Below are positions 1 to 11,710 of a stretch of 64,000 bases of DNA, piece by piece. Origin of the DNA: Ramazzottius varieornatus. Taxonomy: Eukaryota > Animalia > Tardigrada. The stretch spans positions 2,521,950 to 2,585,949 of the forward strand of contig BDGG01000003.1 in NCBI GenBank assembly GCA_001949185.1, read 5' to 3'. Each line of letters begins with the position of its first letter. Position 1 is the stretch's first letter. The position numbers and the translations under genes were made by a program. A model generated the notes under the pieces. It worked only from the letters and a program-made list of their open reading frames with translations, ran no database searches and was not told the DNA's origin.

Positions 1-226
1 TGATCCCGATTGCAATCGAATAGTGATCCGAATTAGAAATTAAATACATAAGACTGCATAAGAATCACTTTGCTATTTTCATATTATTTTGCAGTCTCTA
101 AAGTCCAGACTGGTATTAGTCGTATATATAGATTTGGGCTGTGGGCAAGGTTCCTCAGAAGTCTGGGGTCATGGCGTAGAGGCACAGCTGATGAAATCTG
201 AGAAGGGCAAGGGAGGGTTTCGGGTT

Positions 227-580
227 NNNNNNNNNNNNNNNNNNNNNNNNNNNNNNNNNNNNNNNNNNNNNNNNNNNNNNNNNNNNNNNNNNNNNNNNNN
301 NNNNNNNNNNNNNNNNNNNNNNNNNNNNNNNNNNNNNNNNNNNNNNNNNNNNNNNNNNNNNNNNNNNNNNNNNNNNNNNNNNNNNNNNNNNNNNNNNNNN
401 NNNNNNNNNNNNNNNNNNNNNNNNNNNNNNNNNNNNNNNNNNNNNNNNNNNNNNNNNNNNNNNNNNNNNNNNNNNNNNNNNNNNNNNNNNNNNNNNNNNN
501 NNNNNNNNNNNNNNNNNNNNNNNNNNNNNNNNNNNNNNNNNNNNNNNNNNNNNNNNNNNNNNNNNNNNNNNNNNNNNNNN
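227..580. other. Assembly gap (N run)
   Basis: Run of n; ORF-track entries spanning it are artefacts. Confidence 0.99.
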
Positions 581-824
581 TGACTGCCAGTGACTGGACT
601 CGTTGTGTGGCTTGCGACGATTCCCACTTGGCAAAGATGGCTCCGAGCAATGTCCTCTTCCGTTATCAAGCGCAGATCAGCCCATTTGTCTTTTGCCAAC
701 CTGGAGTAACACCAGCACAATGAGCTAATCTGCGCTTGATAACGGAAGAGGACATTGCTCGGAGCCATCTTTGCCAAGTGGGAATCGTCGCAAGCCACAC
801 AACGAGTCCAGTCACTGGCAGTCA
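581..824. repeat. Perfect 97-bp inverted repeat (arms 581-677 and 728-824, ~50-bp spacer), MITE/foldback-like; left arm may continue into the gap
   Basis: tgactgccagtgactggactcg...aagcgcagat at 581-677 is the exact reverse complement of atctgcgctt...ccagtcactggcagtca at 728-824; pairing continues imperfectly for ~10 nt into the spacer. Confidence 0.93.
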
Positions 825-1004
825 GCAGGTATGATGAAGTCATCGTTATAGCCTGTAGCTACATGGTACTTGGTCGTATTTCTTCCGACGTTTCGTTAAC
901 GTAGATCTTTTGCCAGAGATCGGATCGTTTCCGGAATTCTTTCCCCGTATGTAGGGGAAGACAGCGTTTTCTTTACCGCTACTGAGAGTCTGTAGTCGCT
1001 GAGA

Positions 1005-3764
1005 ATGTTCAAATCAAACGCTGGATTTACCAAGAATTTGGACAGAGCCACAAGTAATCTTCTTCTCGCTCCTGATTGGGATTCCATCCTGGCCATCTGT
1101 GATACCGTTCGAGCTGGGGATGTTGCACCAAAGACTGCTGTAGAGGCTATACGAAAGAAAATCCAGGACAAAAATCCTCATGTGGCTGTCCACGCTTTAC
1201 AGGTAACGTTTGAACCATATTAGTTAGGTCGGTCCCCTTGGTTTGCCTGTGTGACGTCACGGGTCATGAGCAAAGTCAGTGGGGGACCGACTCGGCGCTA
1301 TTGCCTCGAAGGGGTGTGTCTCGTGCATCGTCATCGTGGCAGTATTCTAGTTCTACGGTGTTCTCTTCAGGTGCTGGATGCGGTGGTCAAGAATTGCGGA
1401 AAAACAGTCCATGATGAAGTCATCACAATGGCTTTGATGGAAGAGCTACGTGACATGGCGAAGAAGAGTCCCGAAGAAGTACGGAACCGAGTACTGGAGG
1501 TGATTCAGTGTTGGGCTCATGGCTTCCGAGATAAGCCTCAGTACAGAATCGTCCAAGACACCGTGAACCTGATGAAGTTGGAAGGGTACAAGTTTCCGGC
1601 CATGAAAGCTGCCGATGCGCTGTTTGTGGCAGAGTCTGCACCAGAATGGCAGGAGGGTGATTGCTGTCACAGATGTCGCACTAACTTCAACATAGCCAAT
1701 CGGAAGCACCATTGCCGAAATTGTGGGCAGATCTTCTGTAACAAGTGCTCGGGGAAAGTCTCGGCTTTGCCCAAGTTTGGGATTGAAAAGGAAGTAAGGG
1801 TTTGTGACACGTGTCATGACTTGTTGAATCAGTCTGCGAGAATTAGTCTAGTCGAAGCTTTGAAGGCGAAGGAGAACGAACTTCCGGCCGAATATTTGAA
1901 CAGTCCACTCGCAAAGGTAAAATGTTCCCGTGTTCTCCTGTCTGCTAATTTTAACAACCGTTCTGTTTTCAACAGGAAGCGCAGACTGCTCCGAAGAAAA
2001 CGGAGTCGGAAATCCAAGAGGAGGAAGAACTTCAGTTGGCTTTGGCCATTTCGCAGAGCGAAGCGGAAGCGAAGAAAAACCAGCAGAAGGGAAAGAACTT
2101 CCACAACCTTAGCTTGGCGAAACCGGAAGTCCAACCGCAATTGTCAGAAATCAAGGAAGACATTCCTTCGGCATCGCCCCGGATGAATGGTGACTTGGAT
2201 AAGTACCTTAACCGACAGTACTGGGAGCAGAAGCAGAAGGAACCGCTGCAGACTGCAGGAGGTACCGGACGACAGAACGAACCGTCCGCACCAACGCCAT
2301 CATCTACTCCGTGTAAGATATCACAAGCGTCGTTTGTATGGAAGGTCTTTATTGACCTGCCCTTTTTTCTTTGTAGCTCTTTTCGGGACGGCGCGTTCAA
2401 GCTCAAGCAAGTCCGAAGACTCCTACCAGAATGGTGACGCTGATGAGACTTATCAGTTCATAGCAGCGCTTAAAACCCAGATTGGTGTATTTACGAACCG
2501 GATGAAGTCCAATGTGAACCGAGGTCGGCCCTTAGCTAACGATCCTACGATCACTTCCTTGTTCAACAGCCTCTTGCCCATGCGCCATCAGCTAATGGAA
2601 TACATTCAGGTACGGTATCCTTCCGCGATGTGAATGCTTACGAACATAATTTTGTTGATCAGTCTATTTTACTTTCAGGGTCAGGAGCACTGGAAAGAGT
2701 ACTACGAAAGGCTCCAAGAAAAACTGACGCGTTTGAGAGAGGCCAGAGAAGCGTTGGACGTTCTTCGGGAAGAACATCGAGAGAAAATGCGTCTTGAAGC
2801 CGAAGAACGTCATCACGAGAAGCAGATGCAGATGGTAGCCAAGTTGGATGCTTTACGGTTGAGGAAGCGGGAGTATCTGGAACATCAGCGACAGATAGCG
2901 TATCAACAGATGCAAGTGCAGGAGCAAGAGCTGATGCGCCGAAAGCAGATGTCGACTTACCAGCCATTCGCATATGTGCCAGGAAGCCTCCAAGCTGGAC
3001 AGCGACTGAATGGTCCACCTGGACTCCCTGGACAAAGTCCCTTCATGCCCATACAGCAGATGGGCGCTCCACAACAAGTAAGTGTAGTCGCCCTATGAGC
3101 CCGCGACGGGAGACGGAATACACAGGGTGCGTTTTGTCTGCAAGCCCTTCAGACAATGTCCTTATACAGAAATGTCACCTTGGTCTGGATATCTTTTTCT
3201 GCCAGCGGTTCATGTTATGGATATGTGTAGCACAAGCCTGGTTTTGCAGAAGAAGCTTTCTTTGTCCAGGTTGCCGGACTGCCGTACGGTGGAATGCCTA
3301 GCTATCAACACCCTGGTCAAGTCGCGCACCAACCACCACAGCAAATCTATCACCCCATACCACAACACGCTACGCAACCAACCGTCAACGGAAATTCCGG
3401 TGTACATCAACAACAGACAACTCCTCACTTGAACAACGCTGCTTATCCAGGAACGGCTCAAGTAGCACCGGGAACTGTCTACGCTTCGTCCTTCCAGCCT
3501 CAACCAGCCCAAGTAAACCAGGGTGCTTACACTGGCATAAAGCAAGGCTTCCAACCGATTCCCCAAAACCCACCAGTTTTCTACCATCAGGTACCACAGC
3601 AGCCTTACCCTCATGCCACAGTACCTGGACAAGGACAGTACCCGACTGCAGGAGCGCAGCAGTACGGACAACCGACGAGCGAACATCCACAAATCCAGCT
3701 ACAGCAACAGCAGTCTCAGCAGCCTGCACCAGTAGAAGAAGAACTTCTGATCAGCTTTGATTAG
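1005..3764 (+). CDS. HGS: Hepatocyte growth factor-regulated tyrosine kinase substrate (ESCRT-0 subunit Hrs/Vps27); 6 exons approx. 1005-1202, 1371-1916, 1976-~2312, 2377-2609, 2679-3077, 3270-3764
   Basis: VHS domain ([22 protein letters not shown]...[10 protein letters not shown]), FYVE finger ([10 protein letters not shown]...[13 protein letters not shown]...VRVCDTC), UIM ([17 protein letters not shown]), PSAP motif, coiled coil, P/Q-rich tail and C-terminal clathrin box LLISFD; GT-AG introns join the ORF pieces. Confidence 0.95.
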
Positions 3765-4081
3765 AAAAGTTTTCTTGCTCGTGTTTTTTCGCCGAGTTTG
3801 TTTGTCGCGTACATTTTTGATCATCGCTTTTTATTTCCGGAAAGTTCTAGAACCGCAGCACGATTGCAAGGCTGTAAGCTTGATCTTCAGGTTCATCTGT
3901 GAACATATGAATATCATTCGAATTATGGAAGTTGTTTGTCACCGCTCTATAAAGTGAGAAACAGAATTTTCACTTTTCCAGATTTTTGGGAGAAAATCCA
4001 TCAATATAGAACCATTACCAAAGTTAAAATCATTACTAATCAATCATCATTACTAAAGGTACTAATCATTACTTTACTTAC

Positions 4082-4570
4082 ATGGAAATATTTACATGGA
4101 AATGGACGAGTGAGCACCTGGACGAAGGCGGAAATATTTCAGCACAAGTTCCGGCGGTTCTGGAACCACTAGGACTTTCGCGGGACGATGGACTGAGACC
4201 TGATGGGAAGACCATGATACCTTGGAAGAATGGGAAGGAATTAGTTTGGGATGTGACTGTGGTAGATACATTGGCGAAGTCCTACGTCGGAAAGACAAGC
4301 GAGAAGGTGGGAGCTGCCGCCGAAGACGCAGAAGAGAAAAAGATCGAGAAATACCAAGGCATCGCTTCACAGTACCTCTTCGTTCCTTTGGGATTCGAGA
4401 CCTTCGGATCTTGGGGACCTGCAGCGACGGAATTGATCAACGCGATCGGGACGAAGCTTGTTGAGTTTTCTTTTGAGACTAGATCTCTTCAATACTTGAA
4501 ACAGCGCTTGTCGCTTGACATACAGCGAGGTAATGCTTTTATTTGTTATGGTTACTGCGAAGGAGACTAA
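4082..4570 (+). mobile_element. 5'-truncated non-LTR retrotransposon fragment: restriction-like endonuclease (RLE) C-terminus, CRE-like
   Basis: RDDGLRPDGKTMIPWKNGKELVWDVTVVDTLA...AEEKKIEKY...FVPLGFETFGSWG...QRLSLDIQRGNA matches the PD-(D/E)xK RLE tail of early-branching LINEs; no RT upstream; probable frameshift near 4540. Confidence 0.75.
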
Positions 4571-4669
4571 AAGACTCGAAAACACATTTTACGTTTTGAA
4601 TCTTAGGAAGGGAACAACCGTGTCCACGTAACTTGTTGATTTTGATTTAGTCTCCTGTTTCATTGTGGT

Positions 4670-5260
4670 TAGCGCTGGCAAAAGTACGATAAAGTTCGAT
4701 ACGATATTTTCGATACAATATCGGCGGATATTTTATTGCGGTCTTCGATATTCATTCGATATCGATATTTCGATACGATATTTTTCCGATACTGTACTTT
4801 CGATATATCGTATATCGCAGCGACATATCGATATTTCTGGAATTTCAGTTTTTCGGAATTTCGCTGGTCCAAGCCCAAAAATTCAAGAAACCGATTTCGA
4901 CATAGAGTATTAGTGAGATCGAGAGCGTCGGATGCAGCAAAGACACGATTATACCAAGACTTCAAACACTTGGAAACCTGGACAGAATTAGTACCAGAAC
5001 CGAATGGGCGGAGTGTGCTCGGTACACCATGGCCAAAATCAAGTCTTCGAAATCAACCATGGTCTTCCGTAAACGAGATATCACTGGCGAGTTTGCCATT
5101 CAGCAAAATACCGATATATCGAAAATATATCGATATAGCGCGATACGATATCGCCGAATATTTTATTGCGTTTTTCGATACGAGCTTCATATCCATATTT
5201 TCGATACGATATCTGGCGCATATTTTATCGTAAAGATTCGATATATTTCGATACGATATC
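4670..5260 (+). mobile_element. hAT-type MITE, copy 1 (591 bp, lacks the last 26 bp including one TIR)
   Basis: Starts tagcgctggcaa; dense cgatat/atatcg subterminal repeats; reverse complement of 11737-12327 (the spurious 165-aa ORFs in the two copies translate identically). Confidence 0.85.
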
Positions 5261-5967
5261 AGTCGTCTGTTACCGAGCGGCAGTCAACTCGGGCACAAGA
5301 GAACAACGAGCGAAACTTCGCACGACTTCGTGAAAAGCGAGAGTTGGAAGACAAGCGATCAAGAGAAGACAGAGATGTCGCAGATAGGTATGCTGGGGAA
5401 GACAGTCGTCGTGTTCTCGATCGTAAGCAAGAAGACTCAGATTTCGAGCAGCGAGCTCCTGACTACTGCGCCATGTATCGTGGTAAAGATCTTGTTTAGG
5501 CTTTCTCTACTGGTTTGGTTACAGTACGGGACGCGATTCTGTCCGGTCGGTCTTACCATTACTGTATGGCTGATTGATGGCATTCCGGTTCAGTCGAAAC
5601 CTGCCCTGGTAAACGTTAGTACGGTAGGGTTGTGGCCACTGAACAAGTCAAGTGTTATGCCCCTTGGCTTTTGGTTTCCATGTTTGATTTTTAGATGGCC
5701 CATAACTCTGTCGTGTTGACGACCGGACAGAATCGTGTCCTGAAGTGTACGTCCTTTCAGTTTTTCCTGTAGCACTTGTGGCTCTTTGGTGTCACTGTTG
5801 GTGCAGTATTTTTGACGGTCTTTCTTTTTTTAATAATTACAACGGTAAATCGAAAATGAAGAAGAAAAGTAACATTGGTGCGATGGAAAAACACAGGATG
5901 GAATAGTTCATCGTACAGCAATAATTAGTAGCAGTTGGAATTCCAACGCTTGGAGATCCAACATCTT

Positions 5968-7581
5968 TCAGCAACAGTAATATCTAGCATTTCGTTCAAA
6001 AAAACGTTTCTGTTCCAATCTTTCACCGCCAAGTCGATTCTTTTCACCGGCTGTAGCATCACCTGCTGTCGATAACAGTCTTCCCGATGGCGCCGAAGAG
6101 CATTGTATTGCCAGAACATCCAAAGCGAAAGCAATCAGCTCAGGATACTCAGTTGTATTTTGTAACCAGAACTTGTTTGGTTCGCTCTTCTGTGGGCAGG
6201 CGGCTGCAGTTGCTGAGAGCATGTAAGAGTTTAACTGACGTTCTATAGGCAACTGCTGTTGTTCTGCTGTAGTATTCACTGGAGCACGAGCCAGAAGTTC
6301 CGTGAGGTACGAAAACCCGTCGTCGTCACCGACGACCTTGGACTGAGGTTGATCGTGATCTAGAAACAAAGACGATGAGTTGGAATTCTAACATTTGGAA
6401 CTCCAAAGAGAGTTTAGTCACCAGTATTCGTGGAACCAGAAGAATCATCGTTGACAGTCGAATTCCACTTTTTGCCGTACTGCAGAACACCTTTCATTGC
6501 AATGGTTTGCTCCTTCTCCGTCAGATGTCGGCGTAGCGCTGGATGTATCAGAGTTGCTACCATCATGATGGGATCGAACGTTAAGTGTTCAGGGTTCAAC
6601 CATACACCGAAGCGTGCCACTATGTCGACTTGCATGTCTACATAGAAAGGATTAGATAGTGCTGTTTTGATTCGTTATCGAGAATTAAATACTTCTAATC
6701 AGCGGGAAAAAAGGATCCTTAATTCCATAGGAGCCCAGGTCTAACTCTTCAGCCCAAGTCCTCATATGGGATAGAGGAGCCGGAATGTCTTTCAGATGAG
6801 GTATGATTTTATGGATGGTATTTTTCTTTTCAGCCTGCATTCGAACCATAATCTGAAAAGCACACCATGTTTCCGTTGGATTTCCAACTGTTGGAAATCC
6901 AACAATTTGCGATGTTCACTTACCAGCTTGAACTTGCCAAGGAACTTGACAATTCCTTTCAGCACTAGCCATTCACCTTGAGATAAGTTAGGTACTTCGA
7001 CTAGTTTCTCAACCACGATAACCGTTTCTGCAGCAGCCTGAATTTTGACCATTCTTTCCCCCATCAGAAGAGTGCTGGACCATCGTGTCGTATTGTCTGA
7101 GATGAGCTTCGGACCGCCAGTCCGCGCCATAAGTGCAGCGACGGCGGTGTGAGAATGGCCGAAGCTATTTACAATCGCGCGAACTTTCGCCATGACATCC
7201 TTGATCGGCGGACTCTTCTCGAACAACTTGACCACGAGCTGTAGAGTGTGCAAGAAGCACGGATATCGGGAGTACTCGGTGAAAAGGTTTAAAGCTTCCA
7301 ACTCGAAAGCATCAAACCCTGCCGCCATCTCATCAACTTCCTCGTCGTCTTCCAGTGGTTCCTACTCATCCGGCATACGTTGGACCATCGCTTCTTCCGT
7401 AACACATTCTTCTAACTTCTTATCGTACAGCTTGAAGGCGGCAATCATGTTGGATGCGTTGTCCGTCATGACGACTGATACTTTTTCTGGATTGTTACCC
7501 CATTTCTCCAATTCCTGTTTGATGAGTTCGTACACATTCTTGGCTTTATGTGGGGGCGGAAATGAGACACAGCCCAGGTAG
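5968..7581 (-). pseudogene. Defective hAT-superfamily transposase (5'-truncated, probable introns)
   Basis: VMTDNASNMIAAF (catalytic D), PCFLHTLQLVV (CxxH), DNTTRWSST, and hATC dimerisation domain FWLQNTTEYPELIAFALDVLAIQCSSAPSGRLLSTAG...NRL. The catalytic E of the S-E-R-x-F-S motif is G; reading frame broken near 6370-6414; no BED finger or first D seen. Confidence 0.88.
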
Positions 7582-8633
7582 AAATTTCCGCCGGTCCGGT
7601 CAAGTCCACCGTCGTCTTAGGCTGAGTCCTCCTCTCCTTTATAGCCTGCTTCTTCGGCTTGGTGGAGCTTGGCCCTGTCTGACTTTTTCGCTTCTGCCTA
7701 TTTTTCTTGGGATTGGTCATGGCTGATGCTAAAATTATACGGCCGAGAACCAAAACTACCAATTGAAGTACGAACGGTAGGAAAAGAAGAGCAAACTGCG
7801 AGTCTCACAGATATCACTATATTCAAATCAAGTCGAATAATCAATGCACCAAATTCACGGTATGAGATTACGTAATCGAGTACGTCAATTTAACTGAAGC
7901 TGAAATTTAGAATATCTATCTCTTGTACTGATTAACCAGCTCTCGTCCGGGATAATATTTACTAAGGGATTCTCATGGTACAATTCACTGTGGATTTGCT
8001 AGGCATCTTGCCATAATTAAAATTCGAAGCCCAGCTCTTCCGAATTTTAATTATTTTAATTGCTGCAAGGACGGATTTCAATTACCTATTTTACTATTGA
8101 CTTGTGGGTCTAATTTTACTGTAATTTCACTACATAGTAAAATTCTTCGTCTCGATTTCATAATTTTAATTATTATATTAAAATTCAAAAATCCCAGTTT
8201 TTCAGCTATTTTCAATTATCTATTTCCATTAGTAGAATAACACTGCTGGCCTTCCAGCGGAGCTTTAGAATGAATAAGTCACCGCTTGAGTCATCGTAGA
8301 AAGCTGTTCAGGCATTCTAAAGCCCTTAAATTGGGGAAACCATGGCAAGCCTGAGCCTATGGCGGAAAGATCAAAGTTCATTCACTTGTGATATTGCTCA
8401 GCTGGGTTGAGTTCGTACGTGATTCAAGTACGTCGGATGCTACTCGTGTTATGTTATTCGGCGTCCGTTACTTCATTGCCGTTTATGCGTTTTGCGTTTC
8501 CGTGAAGTTGTTGCGGCTCGGGTTTCATGGTATTCAGTATGTGTTGTTGTGTTTCATTGCAGGTTTGGGCTTTTGTTTCCGGTGGATAGTTGGGGAGTAT
8601 GGGTGTTTCGTGGTGCGAAGGGATATCAGTGAG

Positions 8634-11600
8634 ATGTTTGGGAGAAGCTGTGTTGTGTGTGGGTACCGTTACAGGTGGACTGGGACTCGAAGGTCCTTGT
8701 TCCCGTTTCCTGATGATTCGGGAGGTACGGGGAATTGGTTGCGTGCGTTGAATATTGCGGTAGAGTTTTCTGACCAGCGGTATGTTTGCTCACATCATTT
8801 CGGTCCATTGTGAATCATTGGTGGTAGACAGGGAAAGTTGATTTATGGAGCGGTTCCGTTGGAGTGTGATGGATTGTGTCCCTTAAAGGGTGGAGACGGC
8901 AAGATGGTTCAGTCAAGAAAGGGTCAAGAAAGCGATAGGGTTATTTTGGTAGAAGAGGGCGAGATTTGTTATGCGATGACAGATGCTGCTGAATTTCCCG
9001 TAAGGAATAGTGACACTTGGTTGGCCGAGGTAAGTTCTGGTAAGAATGAAAGCATCGTGGAAGGTGTCAAGATGGGTGTTAGAGAGAAGAAGGAAAAGGA
9101 AGTGTTATGTGATTCTTTTGGGCAGGTTTATAAGAAGCGTGTGTATGTGAAGTGGGATTATTGTGGTTGCTGGTTTGAAGTGTGCAGAAAGCCTAATTTG
9201 CGTATTAATGGGTCGGGCAGTCATCCAGAATTAAAAGGAGAGAAGTTACCGTGTTTGAAATGCCAAAGATTTCGCAAGTGTAATGGGGATGATTACTGCA
9301 AATATAGTAATTGGCTGAATAATTTAGATCCAGGGCCAATGCCACGAGTGTTGAATCTTGGGTATATGGAACTTCAAGCTGTTCGTATTTATCCAGCCGT
9401 TTTTTAGCATTGTGAAATGTGTTTTCCTGTCGATGACTCAAGTGAAAGGCCAGTCTGTTCATGTCGCTTTCCTTTTTGAAGGTTTCTCAGAAAAAGGGTG
9501 CGAATAGTGAGAGCGAGTCGAAAAAGTATTCTGCTAATGACTATGTTGTCTTTGAGACCTTGTCATTTCTGAAGCATAATAACGAGAAATACAGAGAAGT
9601 GGATTTGGCTCACTTGACGGAGCAGTTGGAGGCAACGAAGTTAAAGAGAGGTAGTGAAGATTGAGATCTATGACTCTCATGCTTTGATCTATTTAAAGAC
9701 GCCTGTGCCGAAGGCAGATTCAGACAGGTTTGGTTATGACAAGGCTCGTGAGAAGCGTATACTATACTGTATTACCTCCGATAATTTATGTACGTCACAG
9801 CTATCTCTCGTGTAATGAAGTTTGCGATAAGTCGAGCCGAAATCTCTTCCACGTCAATGGAGTACGTCATTTCAGTTCTTTTATCGTACGGAGACATATA
9901 TCATGAGAAGCTGGACACTCAGACAAGAGGTAAAACTACGAGAAGTTCGACACATTAGACCGAGTCATCATCAAAACTAACCAGATTCTGCACAACTAAC
10001 AGAGCGGCAAAAGAATGTGTACTAGGAACAACTGCAGGAACTTCCGAATGAGCGTCTTGCCACTTCTCACTTGCAATCTTACATTTGTGAAAACCGTTCA
10101 CGACTGTGGAGGGTTTAACATCTTTCCAGGCTTCGATCGAACAGTCTACTGCATCGAATATCGTCAGCCCCATCACAAAATCTTCGACTCCGTTTACAAT
10201 GGGAATTCTTTCGAAGATACGCTGGAAAAGATGACGTTTATAACTATCTGTGAAGGTCTTGATGATACCGGCGTCCAATGGCATAGCCCGTGCGGTACAA
10301 TTTGGTGGAAAGTGAAGCATGACGTTTGATCGGGAAGAAACCTTATGAGCAATGAAGTTGTCCACAATCAGAAGAACGACACGGTTTTGCTTGACCATCT
10401 CGCCATTAAGCCAGTCCAGCCAGGAGTTGAATATGGCTGTGTTCATCCAGGCGGTACTGTTATAATAGTATGAAAACCTGTACTCGTCGACTGTAATATC
10501 AAGTACGGCATTCTTCTGAAAGGCTCGAGGTCGTTCGGCGGTACCGATCAAACTTTTCGCCACCGGGCAGAGCATAGAAGGAAGATAGTGATGCTATCTT
10601 TGCGACCTTCACACCAGTTTCTTGCTTTCCACCAACGACCAACGATCGAATCCCCACATTTCACCACCACAGTCCAGTCTCATCCCGGGGAAGAGGCAAT
10701 GAAAGTGGCAGCGTTTCGGAGGAAAACACGACGGATAGGTATGCGCTTGCTTCGGGCCCACTTCAGCACCTTCGAACATCTCTGTTCGATCTCGGGAAAC
10801 TGTAATTTCACGGTGATTCTCTTCCGTTTCCTCACGGCACTACCACCAGTTTTGAGAGTTGCAGCGACAGCGCTGGTCTTTTCGTAGGTCGACCGTATTC
10901 CGCTCTGTCATATCGAAACGATCCGCCAGATCGCCAGCTTTAGCCTGAAATAACAACAGAACTTGCTTGTTGACACGAAGCTAATATTTTGTGAGCAACT
11001 TACACCGTGATCCATCAAGTGGATGATCTAAGCTCGTCTTTCCAGTACGGTACTTTCCAATACAGCCGGCTTCCGTCGCTGGTTCTGATTATCTGGACGA
11101 TTCTTCAGCTTCCCCATTTCAACAGTAGCAGATACAAGAACTAAAGCAGTAGGACAACGGGAAAGGTGCCGGAATAAGCGTACGTTAAAGAGGGTAAACA
11201 CATCAGAAAACCGCCGGAAGTGCTATGGTCCAGTTTGTGAAAGAAGCCTTTGACTGAACAGCTGATTCACTAGTACTGGTACCGGACATGAGTGTCTACA
11301 GCTTTGCGCACTTGACTCACCTTCTTGATGGACTCCAGGGACGTCATAGACTCTCCGGCAAGTCAGCCATCGCAAACTCAGCATGTGGGTTTTTGTAGAA
11401 AACGTATCAGTGACGTACATAATTATCGGAGGTAATACAGTACAAAAGGAGGATGAGTTTGGCGTCAGTCGTCTGTTACCGAGCGGCTCAGTTCCAGTCT
11501 GGAGGATGAACGGGGATGTTAATTTTGTGGAGGAGAAGAGACATCCGAATTTATTCTGTGAAGGTATTGGTGGTGAATATGCGGATCAGAAGTTTGCGCT

Positions 11601-11710
11601 GAAACCAGTAGAGTATTATAAGCTGCGTTTGCTTAGTAGAGATACGCGATAGCAGAAGGATGTATCTTATGTTTTTCGTGCATTGAACGTGGTTCAGAGA
11701 TCGTTCTTGG
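8634..11710 (+). mobile_element. Degenerate Helitron2/Helentron-like ORF: THAP finger + DUF6570-like region (8634-~9766) and Rep N-terminal fragment (~11443-11710), split by a pogo insertion and cut off by a MITE
   Basis: MFGRSCVVCG..SLFPFP..W..VCSHHF..(in-frame TGA 8811-8813)..LIYGAVP = THAP C2CH plus AVP box. CLKC..NNLDPGPMPRVLNLGYMELQAV / (frameshift) IQPFFSIVK..QVKGQSVHV / VFETLSFLKHNNEKYREV resembles the Helitron DUF6570. EEKRHPNLFCEGIGG..VEYYKLRLLSRDTR*QKDVSYVFRALN resembles the Helitron Rep N-terminal motif. Confidence 0.72.
9767..11440 (-). mobile_element. pogo/Tigger-like DNA transposon with ~32-bp TIRs, TA target-site duplication and a frameshifted CENP-B/DDE_1 transposase
   Basis: Left TA|ctgtattacctccgataatttatgtacgtcac (9767-9798); right gtgacgtacataattatcggaggtaatacag|TA (11410-11440). 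ORF 9955-10575 has YYYNSTAWMN..FNSWL..VLLIVDNFIAH..FPPNCTARAMPLDAGII (DDE_1); HTH remnants at ~10740-11117. Confidence 0.92.

Noticed and set aside
84-843. ORF-track entries full of X
   Set aside because: Artefacts of translating through the N gap and the hairpin.
4010-4082. Repeated (at)cattact motif before the RLE fragment, as a possible target site
   Set aside because: Short, irregular and in AT-rich sequence; no matching TSD found downstream.
4665-5499. Duplicated I/R/Y/D/S-rich ORFs here and at 11633-12343
   Set aside because: Chance open frames in cgatat-rich MITE repeats; not protein-like.
5282-5900. Charged open frame (5282-5499) and minus-strand ORF 5590-5775
   Set aside because: No recognisable motif or gene structure; origin unknown.
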